Of a stretch of DNA of 64,000 nt, positions 51,625 to 64,000 are shown one piece after another. The position numbers and the translations under genes were made by a program. Origin of the DNA: Malacoraja senta (taxonomy: Eukaryota); NCBI GenBank assembly GCA_038087875.1, contig CM075994.1:558001-622000 (forward strand). Reading direction: 5' to 3'. Under the pieces are notes generated by a model that was not told where the DNA came from, made no database searches, and saw only the letters and a list, made by a program, of their open reading frames with translations. The first letter of the stretch is position 1, and every line of letters begins with the position of its first letter.

Positions 51625-54600
51625 TTCTTCTCTCGAGAGATGCTATCAGTCCCGCTCAGTTTCTCCAGCATTTTGTGTCTATCTTCGATTTCAACTCGCA
51701 TCAGCAGTCCTTTCCTACAGTCAGTCTGAAGAAAGTGATCGACCCTAAACGTCACCCATTCCGTCTCTCGAGAGATGCAGCCTGTCGCGCTGAGTTACTC
51801 CAGCATTTTTTGTCTATCTCGATTTATCTAGCATTTGCAGTTCCTTTCCTACACACTTTGGCCCACCGAGTGCACGCCGATCACCCATCACCCGCTCACA
51901 CTAGTTCTATGTTATCCCACTTTCTCATCAACTCTCTACACACGGGGCGGGGTTACCAACAAAGCAGCACGACTTTGGGAAGTGTACATGTGTCAGAGGT
52001 TATGGGGAAAAGGCAGGAGAAATGGGTTAGGAGGGAGCGATTATATCAGCCACGATTGAATGGCGGAGTAGACCTGATGGGTGGAATGGCCTAATTCTAT
52101 TCCTATCACTTTAGACTTATGATTAGAGATACCTTCCTCGCAACAGTATTCGGGTCTGACAGAGCTGGGTGAGTTCCGGAGAAACGTTCTTCATCAGTGC
52201 AGCATGTTTCCTATTTGCCCCAGAGTTCAGTTCCCAACAGTGGCGCAGCGGTGGAGTTGCTGCTTCGCAGCGCCAGAGACCCGGTTCGATCCTGACAACC
52301 GGCACAAATTGTACGGAGTCTGTACGTTCACCCGTGACTGCGTGGGTTTTCTCCGGGATTTCCGGTTTCTCCCCACACTCCAACGACATGCAGGTTTGTA
52401 GGTTAACTGGCTTGACAAAATTGTAATGTGTCCCTAGTGGGTGTAGGTGTCAGTGTGTTAGTGCGGGGATCGCTGGTCGGCGTGACTCGAAGGGCCGAAG
52501 GGCCCGTTTCTGCGCTATATCTAAACTAAACAAAACTAATAGTCTTTCCACGAAATTGAAATTAACAGCAATGCTCGCGGTATCTCTAGGTCCTACGCTA
52601 CTGTTACGTATGTAATTTGACGAAACATCCTTCGAACTTAACCCGGAATCAAACCTGAGTCTGGGCACCGTGTTATACGAAAGATATTGTCGAGCTTGAA
52701 AGGGTTCAGAAAAGATTTACAAGGATGTTGCCAGGACTAGAGGGTCTCATCTTTAGGGAGGGTTTGAGTAGGCTGGCACTCTATTCCTTGGAACGCAGGA
52801 GGATGATGGGAGCTATAATATCGACGTATAGATCGGGTAGATGCACAGAAACACTTGTCCAGAGTAGGGAATCGAGGACCAGAGGACAGAGGTTCAAGCT
52901 GAAGGGGAAAAGATTTAATAGGAATCTGAGTGGTGACTTCTTCACACAAAGGGTGATGGGTGCATGGAACAAGCTGTCAGATGAGGTAGTTGAGACTGGG
53001 ACTATCGCAACATTCAAGAATCAGTTAGACATGTACATGGATAGGACAAGTTTGGAGGGTTATGGTCCAGGCGCAGGTAGGTGGGACCAGTGCAGCAGGT
53101 ACATGTTGGGCGTTGTTGGCAAGTTGGGCCGAAGGACCTGTTTCCACACTATACGACGCTGCGATTCTATGAGTCACTGCGGTTGCCGCAATGAGAACTA
53201 AAGGGCGGACTGGAGTTTGAAAATGGCCCCAAAACACAGCGCCTCTTGCAGGCGGGAACAGTAGACTATGTTGTGTACAATTTGCTAATCGGGGATACTC
53301 TACTGGACTGTTTGTATGAAAATAATTTCACCGTGCGTTTCAATTGCACATGTGACAATAAAAGCACAATTGAACCATTAAACCACGTCACGTTGATTGA
53401 TATGGCATGGAAACAGGCCCTTCGGCCCACCGATTGTGGGAAACAAGCGGCGGAGGAAGTCATGAGGGAGGATGCTCTTCAAATGAGTTTTCCTATCTCC
53501 CCCTCCCCCTTCCTCACTTCCTACCCCTTGCTTCGATTTCCTTCCCCTCCCTCACTTCATCAGTGTCTCTAACCCCTTCATCCCTTCCTCTGTCTTTCCC
53601 TCCTCTCCTCTCCCATTCTTGGACGCCACTCTCTCTTTTTCCTTCATTTCCTCTTCCCTCTCCTCCGTCCCTAACCTCACATTTCCCAACCTCACCATTA
53701 ATTCCCTACCTCAATATTCTATCCCGGCCCCACTCTTCCACTCTTTCCACCTCCACCCAAGTCTACCGCTCTTATATACTCTCCACCTCTCCACCTCTCT
53801 CTTTCTTTCTCTCTCACCCCATTATTTCCCTTGCACCACACCTTCAGAATAATATACCTTCAAAACGGAGATCAGCCATAACTGAACGACGGAACAGACT
53901 CGATGGACCCAATTCTGCTTCAATGTCAAATGATCATAGTCTATTATCTTCCTCTCTCTACCCCCGCCCCCTTTGCATCGTCACCATACCGCCGTCCTCA
54001 CGTGTCTCTCTTTCACACTGGAAGCTAATTATGATGTTATCGAAGTTACGATGATCATACTGCGATATTACATTGTGTTGCTACATCAGTCCGTTCATAA
54101 TGAATGGACCAAGTGATAAAGTATTTTGGAGAGGTTAGTCGTCAAATGTCTGCAATTTTTGTCTTTCCTGTCCATTAGGACATTTCACATGCTTGATCAA
54201 TGGTGTTTTATCATTGATATTTTACTATTATTAATGTTTAGTGTTTTCTGAGTCATTGGTAACTGTCACTGTATGTAATGTTGTTACTTGTGGGTGGAGC
54301 ACCAAGGCAAATTCCTTGTATGTGAATACTTGGTCAATAAACTTACTTACTTATTTCATATTATTGATTCAATTTCATCCAACAGGCTTTATGGTTGGAA
54401 ACAATCTTTAACAGCTTAAAAAGCGTTTAATATAAATTACCACGCCTATGGTAGGGCTGAGGCCAAGGAGACTGATGGAGTGACATGCTTCTGAAACTTT
54501 ATTACTTGATGGTGAAGGCAATAAAAACAGTGTAATACATAGAAAAGGATAGAAGAGAGAGAGGATATTTCCAAACTCCTTACTTTCCTGAATGATGCAG

Positions 54601-54868
54601 AAATGAAGAGGCAGTTTGCATTCAATTTTTGGAAACCTTGCATTACTAGTTATAATTGCTTACCCTCCAGATATAGGTTTTAAGTTTATTATTGTCATGT
54701 GTACCTAGGTGCACAGTGAAAAGACATATTTTGCATGATGAGCAATTAAATCAGATAATACTGTACATGAATACAACCAAGTACAATAGGCAGAGCGAAG
54801 GAAAAGATACAAAGTGCAGAATATAGTTGTCAGCGGGAATATTGAAGACAATATTATAAGTAATAATA

Positions 54869-55213
54869 ATAATAATAATGGATTGGATTTATATAGCGCC
54901 TTTCTAATACCCAAGGCGCTTTACATCGCATTATTCATTCACTCCTCAGTCACACTCGGTGGTGGTGAGCTACTTCTGTAGCCACAGCTGCCCTGGGGCA
55001 GACTGACGGAAGCGTGGCTGCTAATCTGCGCCTACGGCCCCTCCGACCACCACCAATCACTCACACGCATTCACACACATTCACACGCAGGCAAAGGTGG
55101 GTGAAGTGTCTTGCCCAAGGACACAACGACAGTATGCACTCCAAGCGGGATTCGAACCGGCTACCTTCCGGTTGCCAGCCGAACACTTAGCCCATTGCGC
55201 CATCTGTCGTCCC
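54869..55213 (-). mobile_element. tRNA-derived CORE-SINE with an L2-type 3' tail
   Basis: Minus strand has A box TGGCGCAATGG, B box GGTTCGAATCC, CORE-like GTGTCCTTGGGCAAGACACTTCACC, and 3' TGTAAAGCGCCTTGGG...AAAGGCGCTATATAAATCC followed by (ATT)n. Confidence 0.75.
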
Positions 55214-55495
55214 CATAGTACAGCTAGGAACAGTGCTAATTTACAAATTTGGAAAATAAATGTAAAAGATCAGGGCGTATTAGCAGAATATGTTGTTACT
55301 AATGATATTAGGAATTAACAGTTTCAGTAGCCATGCCTGTAAATATAAATTAAAACATACACAATCTCAACCTAACGTGTAATTCCCATTTTTATTTAAT
55401 AAAATATTTAGTAGGTCAACAGTTTCAGTCACTAACTTATCTTCATCTGAATCTCAACCACTAAACCTAATCATTAATTCACATCCCTAACTTGT

Positions 55496-58332
55496 CTAGG
55501 AAACTGCACCGTTGGGCCCCGTTCCCCCAACACAATATTCATCACTCACCCGTTCTCCCAACGTAACCCGTTCCCCCCAACGCAATATCCACCACTCAAG
55601 CATTGCCCCCAACTGCGCAGGTGCGGCTCATTTCCCTCATTCCCCAGCACTCCCTCCCCCACCGCTTCACTCTCCCTCGTCTTTCCCCTCTTCTCCTCCC
55701 CTCTTCCACTCCCCCCTTCACCTCTCCCTCCCTCTCCTTCCTTACCCTCAGTCACTCCCTCCCTCCCTCCATAACCATCTCCCCTCCCTACCCCCTCCCC
55801 CCTCTCCCTCTATCTCCCAGCTCCACATTCCTGACCTCTCCCTATCACACTCCCCCACTAAACACAATATTTAAATAACATTTTTCCCCCACTCCCTCCC
55901 CATCCTTACAACAATATATCAAATCTCTCATTGCACTTGGTGGCACAGCATTGACGGGCAGTTTATGTTCATCCGCTGCTAAGTCAGAATCAGAATCAGA
56001 TTCAGAATCAGAATCACACTTTATTCGCCAAGTATGTTTTGCAACATACGAGGAATTTCATTTGCCAGGTCAGTCGTACAATTAAAAGTAACAGATCAGT
56101 CAAAAACACATTTTAACATGAACATCCACCACAGTGACTCCTACACATTCCTCACTGTGATGGAAGGCGAAATAAAGTTCAAGTCCTTCCTTTTGTTCTT
56201 CCTCGTCGGGGGCCTCGTGCCCTCCGTTGACGGGATGATCTTGACTCCCGTAGCCGGCGGCGTTCGGGTCCTCCGCGTCGAGGCGATCAGCTCCCGCATC
56301 GGGGGGATGTCAGCACCCCCGCGCCGGGCGATCGAACCTCGCGTCGGGGCTGGTCGAGCCTTCCGCGGCGTTGGGCTCCCGACTAGCCTCACCCGAGACC
56401 GGGCAGTGCAGCAGGGTGAAGAAACTTAAGAGCGGCGTCCCACAGGGCTCAGTGCTGGCACCAATGCTGTTCAAAATCTACATCCATGAGCTGCCTGCAA
56501 CACAGTCAAAGAAATATGGCTTTGCTGATGACCTGGCCATCCTACTCAGTAAGCCATCCGGGAAGCAGTAGAAGAGGGCCTCTCTGAAGACATCAACATC
56601 CTGTCTTCATACCTGAGGAACTGACGCCTCAAGCTCAGCATGGGTAAGACAACATCTTCAATGTTCCACCTCAACAACAGGGAAGCGACCCGCGAGATGA
56701 ACGTCATGGTGGTTAATGCCCGGTTACGGTCCAAGCCTGTCCCCACGTACCTCGGTGTGAGCTCGACAGAACATTGTCATTCAAACAACACCTGGAAGGT
56801 GCCAAGGCAAAGAACAAGCGCCCATGCCGTACTGATACGCCGCCTAGCCGGCACCTCATGGGGAGCCACGACGAAGACACTGCGCATGTCCACAGTGGCC
56901 CTGGTGTTCTCAGCCCGCCGAGTACCGCGCCCCGGTCTGGTGCCGTAGCCCTCATGCCAAGAAGCTGGATGCTGCCCTCAACAGCGCCCTGCGGACTGTC
57001 TCCGGATGCCTACGAGCCACCCAGTAAACCAACTGCCTGTCCTCGCTGGCGTTGCCCAGCCAACATCAGATGAGATGCAGCCACGCTGGCCCTCTCTCGA
57101 AAGGCGCAGACCAGTGAATCCCACCTCCTCCATCAGATCGTCACAGAGACACCAGGGCGAGTGCGCCTCAAGTCACGGCACCCCTTTGCCACGCAAGCCC
57201 AAGAGTTGCTCTGCACAACACCGGCTGACGCTTCTAAGGCTGCCTGGGTCAAGACGAGATGGAGAGAACAGTGGAAGTCATCGAAACCATCTAGGCTACA
57301 CCAGTAGTACATCAATGACCCCATGGACATCTCTGGCCAGGACTTGCCCCGAAAGCAGTGGACAACCCTCAACCGCTTGAGGACAGGCGTCGGATGCTAT
57401 GGAGTAGCGATGAAGAGGTGGGGCCTCGTGGACAGCGCCTCCTGCGAGTGTAGGGACCGAACACAGACAGTGGAGCACATAGTCACTAGTTGCCCCAAAC
57501 ACCGGCCAACGAATGGTGAACGAGGTCTGATTGACCTGGACAATGACACGTTGGCCTGGCTAGCCTCAAAGGAGCTGCAGGTCTAAAAGACATACGACAG
57601 AAGACGACAGAAGAAGGAGCTCCCGACTAGCCTCACCCGAGACTGCGAGCCCTTGTTGGTAAGTGCACGGTGGTCGCGGTGGGAGCGATCCCAGGCAAGG
57701 GATCCGCTCCGATGTTAAGTTCACGCCCCGCGGTGGGGCTCACGACAGTCCGAGGAGGCTTCCAGCTCCATCGATATTAGGCCGCCGAGCCCGGAGAACG
57801 AGATCCGAAAATTGAACACATCTCTGGGAAGGTACGAACTTAAAAAAAGTATCCCCCGATTCCCTCCCCCCACATAAAACATACCAAAGAACATTAAAAC
57901 AAAACTTTTAACAAACAAAAAATAACAAAAATAAAGAAGTGCCAGTGGAACACTGCTGACGGGCAGCTGCTGTTTTATTTTTTTATGTACATGAGATCCC
58001 ATTGCGATATCTTTGTGGGGTGGAGCACTGCTGACGGGCAGTTTATGTAAATGAGATCCAATTGTGACGTCATAGCTGCTAACTGCCACTGCAACTTGAA
58101 CTGATTTTTCTCAAAGTGGATTTTGTAAAGTTTTAAATGTGAATATCTTGTAAAATAATGTAACATCAATGTGAATGAAACTTGATACACCACACCACAT
58201 GACAATTGTGAGCACAAAGATTGTAGTGCTATCGTCTACCGTTTTTGCGTAATTCATGGCATGAATCACACACAGACACGAACGCAAACATATAGACTCA
58301 TAAACAAACACGATGAGTTAGTGATATATAGA
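55496..58332 (-). mobile_element. Putative non-autonomous Helitron/Helentron-like element containing nested retroelement insertions
   Basis: Minus strand begins A|TCTATATATCACTAA and ends with a GC-rich imperfect hairpin (GGGCCCAACGGTGC) shortly before CTAG. Internal CTGACGGGCAG repeats occur on both sides of the nested insertion (about 55952 and 57955-58040). Confidence 0.45.
56400..57618 (+). mobile_element. 5'-truncated Vingi/Ingi-like LINE flanked by a 25-bp target-site duplication
   Basis: Encodes GVPQGSVLAPMLF...YGFADDLAI, LAGTSWGA, and C-terminal WTTLNRLRTGVG...KRWG...CECRDRTQTVEHIVTSCP. TSD GCTCCCGACTAGCCTCACCCGAGAC at 56375-56399 and 57619-57643. The ORF has stops and frameshifts. 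Confidence 0.75.
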
Positions 58333-60539
58333 TATAGACGTGTTGTCATGCTGGAAAAGGTACAGAGATTTACAAGGATGCAGGACTAGAGGGTCTGATC
58401 TGTAGGGAGAGGTTGTGTAGGCAGGGACTCTATTCCTTGGAGCATAGGAAGATGAGGGCGATCTTATAGAGGTTTATTAAATCATGAGAGGAATAGATCA
58501 GGTAGATGCACAGAGTCTCTCAGAGTTGGTGAATCGGGGACTAGAGTACATAGGTTTAAGGTAAAGGTGAAAATATGTAATAGGAATCTGAGGGGTAACT
58601 TTTTCACACAAATGGAGGTGGGTGTATGGAACGAGCTGCCGGAGGTAGTTGAGACAGAAACTATCCCAACGTTTAAGAAACAGTTAAACAGGTATATTGA
58701 TAGGGCAGGTGTGGAGGGATATGGGCCAAACGCGTGAGATTGGTGCTGGAATATGTTGGCAGGTGCGGGAAAGTTGGGCTAAAGTGCCTGTTTCCACGCT
58801 GTATCACTGTATAACGCTTGAAGTGGTCCCGGTGTCAATAACTATTGATGGAGAACATGATGTCATTGGCATCAATGTGACGTAATTGACGATTGGGGTA
58901 ACGTTCCTCATGATCATTCTGACATCAGCGATCACTGTGACGTCATTGATGATGCCATCCATTCAGATTATTGATGTTTCTTGCGAACAATCAACCATCT
59001 TCATAAGGTCATAGGTGATGGGAGCAGAATTAGGCCATTCGGCCCATCAAGTCTACTCCGCCATTCAATCATGGCTGATCTAACTCTCCGTCCTAACCAC
59101 ATTCTCATGCCATCTCCCCTTAACCCCTGACACCCGTACTAATCAAGAATCTATCTATCTCCGCCTTTAAAATATCCATTGACATGGTCTCCACGGCCTT
59201 CTGTGGCAAATAATTCCATAAACAGGGTACACCATCCACAATCGGAGGGGCGAAGAAGGAACACACAGTGGGGACAGTGGAACGTAGAGGTAAGTGAGGA
59301 ATGAAGAGGTGGCGGAAGAGATGGGATGTTGAGATGTGAGGTAGGTTGACAGTGGAGGGAGAAGAGGGAAATGAGATGGGATGTGGGGATGGGGGGGGGG
59401 TGAACTTTGGAGATGGAACAAGGAAAAAGGACAAGGAGAGGCGGGGCAGACTGAAAAATGAGTGGGGAAGCAAAATGAGAGGAGAAGACCTGGGAAATAA
59501 GCCTCTGACATTCCATAGAACCTCTTCGTATAGGAAGATAGACACAAAATGCTGGAGCAACCCTGCGGGGGCAAGCAGGATCTCTGGAGAGAAAGACTGG
59601 ATGACGTTTCGGGTCGAGACCATTCTTCAGACCCTCATAGGGCCTTGTTATAGGACCTCAAAGGTTTGATGGCGAAAGGGCAAGGTGGGGGGGGGGGAGA
59701 TTGGGGTGGGTGGTGGGGAGAGAGGATCCCTCATTGGCTCCTCTGGAGGGTTCGACAACTTTCGTTCTGCTCTTAATCTCTTGATTTAATGCCCCTCCAC
59801 CTGGCAAATGGAGGTAGATACCCCAGTCATTGATGGAAATTCGCAGCAGGTCAAACATCTATGGTGACCAAATGCATCGGCGAGCCAAACGTAGACGGGG
59901 CGATCGTTTCGATGAACACCTTCGCTCAGTCCGCCTGGACATACGTGCTCATCCGTTTGCCAAACGCACCAATGCCCCTATCCATTCCCACACTCTCTGT
60001 TCTAGGCCTCCTCCATTGTCAGAGTGAGGTCAAACGGAAATTGGAGGAACAGCATCTCATATTTCGTTTGGGCAGCTGACAACCCAGTAGTATTAATATA
60101 GATTTATCCAATTTGCAGTAACCCCTGTATTCCCTCTCTCTCCATCCCTCCCGCACCCACGTCGTACCAGCTTCAAAGCCGTCTTCTTGAGTATCGTTGT
60201 CTGTACTGGTTCACAGCTAACAATGGCCGGTTCCCTTTAACATTCTCATGCGAATTAAGAACTTGGGGATAAAAGCGTGTTATTAAGATGCAGAGAGAGG
60301 GCGGGGGGTGGGGGTGGGGGGGGAGATCGGTAGGGAGTTTGCGTTAGGGTGGAGACCGCAGTTGGCCGGGTAACTCCTTTTGTTATTGGTGTTGCGGAGG
60401 AGAGGGAAATGATTGCGGAGATGTTACGCAGGAGAGATGAATGAGGGTAGAGGGGGGGGGGCGTGGCAGAAGGGACAGAGTTATTACAGTAGGATGCAGA
60501 ACACGGCTGTTTCTGGAACTCATTTGTCCATCATCTCTT

Positions 60540-60870
60540 TCCCCCTCTCTCCCCCTCTCTCCCTCTCTACATCTCTCCCTCTCCCTCTCCCTCTCCCTCT
60601 CCATCTCCCTCTCCCTCCTTCCCTCTCCCTCTCCCTCTCCCTCTCCCTCTCCCTCTCCCTCTCCCTCTCTCACCCTCTCTCTCTTTCTTCTCTCTCTCGC
60701 TCTCCCATCACTCTTTCCCTCCCATCACTCTCTCTCGCCATCACTCTCTCTCCCAACCTTCTCGCTCTCCCTGTCACATTCTCTCTCTCCACCATTCTCT
60801 CTCCCCAACCCTCTGTCTTCCCATCACTCTCTCACTCCCGATCAATCTTCCTCTCCCTTCCAGTTTCCCC
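60540..60870. repeat. (CTCTCC)n / pyrimidine-rich low-complexity tract
   Basis: Directly visible. Confidence 0.9.
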
Positions 60871-61117
60871 TTACATCGCTCTCTATTGACACCTCCTTCA
60901 GACGGGTTACCCACGATAAACAAGCCTTCATTTCCTAAACGTGCCTTGCACACCTCGTGTTTTTAAACAAGGATATGTGTTATTTGATCTGTATATATTA
61001 TTTAATAAAATAAATATTGACTTTGTAAATAAAACATACAATTACTCTGTGAATTTGGATACAATTAAAAGTTTACTCTATTCTGATTGAGAGGTTGCCC
61101 ATATTTCTGTCGGGGAA

Positions 61118-61543
61118 GTGGGGGCGAGAGTTTGGAAGGGCGAGTCTCTCACATCTCCTGCAGCTCCTGCTCCAAGCTCAGCAGACGCTCCAGCTCCAGG
61201 TTTTCCTCCAGCTCCACAATGTGCCCGAGGGAATGATCCTGCGCCAGCTCCTCCTGCAGATCCTGATCCTGCTCCAGTTCCAGTTCCAGCTCCAGTTCCA
61301 GCTCCAGTAACTGAGCCAGCTCCAGTTCCAGCTGCAGGATTTGTTCCCGCTCCTGTGCCTGCGCTTGCTCCAGTTCGGCTTACTGGTCGCGATCCGGCCC
61401 CGCGCTCCTCTCCTGGTCTTCCTTTAGCGCCAGCGCTCCCTTTGGTTTCAGCTCAGCTCCTCGATGCTGTTCCTAATTCTACTCCAGATCCAGTCCCACA
61501 CCTCGGCACTGCTCTTAATTCTGCTCCCGCTGGCTACACTTGA
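61118..61543. other. Low-complexity coding-like segment; strand unresolved (Pro/Ala ORF on +, decayed Glu/Leu/Gln-rich frame on -)
   Basis: (CCAGCT/CCAGTT)n-based sequence. The + ORF is 141 aa and PAPAP-rich. The - frame 61149-61379 reads AELEQAQAQEREQILQLELELAQLL...LEQELQEM*. Confidence 0.35.
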
Positions 61544-61714
61544 CTCCAGTTGCTTGTAACCAGGTGCAATCCCGTCTCCATGTGACTTGAATGCATAAAC
61601 AAGGGGGGAGCCTGTGATGTACATCGTAACCGAAGAAACATCACAAGAGGCGCCTGCGCCTGGTCATAAAGCGGCCACTCAACATCCCTGAATTTAAAGT
61701 AAAATTTGAATATT

Positions 61715-62065
61715 GAAAGGCCTGGATAGAGTGGATGTGGAGAGGATGTTTCCACTCTTGGGTGATTGTAGTACCAGAGTTAAGAATTAAAGGACGTATC
61801 TTTAGGAAGGAGATGGGGGAACTTCTTTAGTCAGAGGGTGGTGAACCTGTGGAATTCATTGCCACAGAAGGCTGGGGACGCCAATTCCGTGGATATTTCT
61901 GAGGCAGAGAGAGATAGATTTTTGATTAGTACGGGTGTCAGTGGTTATTGGGAGAAGGCAGGAGAATGGGGTTGAGGGTGAGAGTTAGATAAGCAATGAT
62001 TGAATGGCGGAGTATACTTGATGGGGCGATTGACCTACTTCTGCTCCTATCACTTATGAACCCAT
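61715..62065 (+). mobile_element. CR1 LINE 3' end
   Basis: Matches 21480-21830. Confidence 0.8.
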
Positions 62066-62743
62066 GACAAAAACCTGCAGGTCACAAGTCTGAAAGAAAA
62101 ACAGATTATCGGGGCTGCATGAAAGGTCGATCCGCATCCGTGGAGAAAAAAAGCAGACTTACTGTGTAGGAATGAACTGCAGTTGCCGGTTTACACTGAA
62201 GATTGACACAAAATGCTGGAAGAACTCTGCGGGACAGACAGCCTCTGGAGAGATGGAATGGGTGGCGTTTCGGGTCCAGACCCATCTTCAGAACTGCTTA
62301 TAACGCAGAACAATACAGGGACAGGCTCCTCGGCCCATAAGATCCACGTCGAGCATGATGCTAAGTAATCTCCTAATCTAACTAGTCTCCTCTGACATAT
62401 TATATCCCTCCGTGCTCTACATATCTATGTGCCCGTCTAAACGCTTCTTAAATGTCACTATCGTAGCCGTCTCCGTTACCCCGGCACCGCGTTTCAGCCT
62501 CCCTCCACTCTGTGGAATAAAACCTTCCCCCCACACCTCCATTAAATTCTGCCCCTCTCACCGTAAAGCCGTCCACTCCAATCTTGAACATTTCCAAGCT
62601 GTGAAAAAATATTCTACGTATCTTCCCTATCTATGCCTGTAATGAGTTTACAAACTTCTATCAGGTCTCCCCTCAATCTTCAACGCTCCAGAAAACAATC
62701 CAAGCTTGCCCTCCCTTTCTTTATAGCTTTATACCTTTCTTTA

Positions 62744-63165
62744 GGTGGCGCAGCGGCAGAGTTGCTGCCTTACAGCGGCAGAGTTGCTGCCTTACATCGC
62801 AAGAGACCCGGGTTCGATCCGGACCACAGGTGCTGTATCTACGTAGTTTGTACGTTCTCCCCGTGACCGCATGGGTTTTCTCCGATATCTTCGGTTTCCT
62901 CCCAAGCTCCAAAGACGTACAGGTTTGTAGGTTAATTGACGGTATAATTGTAAATCGTCCCTAGTGTGTGTGATAGTTGTCAGTGTGTGTGTATGTGTGT
63001 GTGTGTGTGTATGTGTGTGTGTGGGGAGGAGGGGGGGGGACAACAACTGTATGGTAGTTGCCAGCAAAGATTATGGTTGCCAGTGTGCGATGATCGCTGG
63101 TCGGTGCAGACTCGGTGGGCTGAAGGGCCTGTTTCCGCACTGTATCTCTAAACTAAACTAAACTA
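62744..63165 (+). mobile_element. Near full-length V-SINE (HE1-like) with an internal head duplication and (TG)n
   Basis: A box TGGCGCAGCGG, B box GGTTCGATCC, V-domain, CR1-type 3' stem-loop GGGCTGAAGGGCCTG and (AAACT)n tail. Confidence 0.85.
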
Positions 63166-64000
63166 ATACACATCACCTCATAAAAATAATGCAGTCGATA
63201 TCGACTGCAATCATTATCAACCTTTATTATATTGTCAACATATCTAGTTGGGTTTGTCAAATATGATAAAAGTTTCAGATTCGGTCAATGTGATTTGCCA
63301 GCATCTGCCATTTGTTTGTTCTTTCTTTTATTGTCTGTAATAAATATCTGTTCTGTTCTGTTCTGTTTTGGAGAGGGTGCAGAAGAGATTTACTAGAATG
63401 CTGTCTCCGTGATAGCATATTGGTTACAAGGAGAGGTTGAATATACTTGGACTGTTGGGTTTTCTGGAGCATCGGAAAGGCTGAGGGGAAACCTGACATG
63501 AGACGCATAAATAGGATAGACCATTAGAACCGCTTTCCCAGGGTGGAAATGAAAGAGGCTAGAGGGCACAGCTTTAAGGGGCAAATTACATTGCATACAG
63601 GGTGGATCACTGGATCACTGTTGGGGCTGGTTTAGTTTAGTTTAGAGATACAGCGCGAAAACAGGCCCATCGGCCCACCGAACCATAAGGTCGTAACGTC
63701 AAAAGTGATAGGAGTAGAATTAGGCCATTCAGCCCATCAAGTCTACTCCGCCATTCAACCATGGCTGATCTACCTCTACATCCTAACCCCATTCTCCTGC
63801 CTTCTCCTCATAACCTCTGACACCCGTACTAATCAAAACATCTATCTATCTCTTCCTTAAAACTATCGATTGATTTGGCCTCAACAGCCTTATGTCCGCA
63901 CCGACCAGCGATCCCATTAAGGACAATTTTATATTTACACCAAGCCAATTAACCCTACAAACAAATATGTTCGTCTTCGGAGTGTGGGAGGAAACCGAAT

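Noticed and set aside
62744..62830. tRNA genes (A/B box sequences throughout the window)
   Set aside because: They continue into V-SINE bodies and tails, so they are SINE heads and not tRNAs.

Overview
Repeat-dominated vertebrate genomic DNA, not prokaryotic. The repeat set (CR1/HER1-type LINEs, V-SINE/HE1-type tRNA SINEs, Penelope-like fragments) suggests a cartilaginous fish, probably a skate or ray; this is inference. There is a 200-N assembly gap at 13861-14060. The main non-repeat feature, largely missed by the ORF track, is a spliced + strand immunoglobulin-superfamily receptor gene. It has a signal-peptide exon (33903-33981) and then three ~3.5-kb tandem units (39344-49828), each carrying a truncated Ig half-exon and a full HEPACAM/CEACAM/CD2-like IgV exon (40729-41157 and 44250-44681 intact; 47754-48147 frameshifted). 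One stalk/transmembrane exon follows (51096-51226), with an intramembrane Arg and almost no cytoplasmic tail. All junctions are phase 1, so single-domain cassette isoforms and multi-domain isoforms are both possible. The two intact Ig exons differ mostly at non-synonymous sites. Other items: many Penelope-type terminal repeats with minimal hammerhead-ribozyme cores, a decayed HERO-like RLE retrotransposon, a Vingi-like LINE with a 25-bp TSD nested in a Helitron-like element, a teleost-like CORE-SINE, and a decayed Glu/Leu/Gln-rich coding-like segment. All family assignments come from motif recognition by eye, with no database search.
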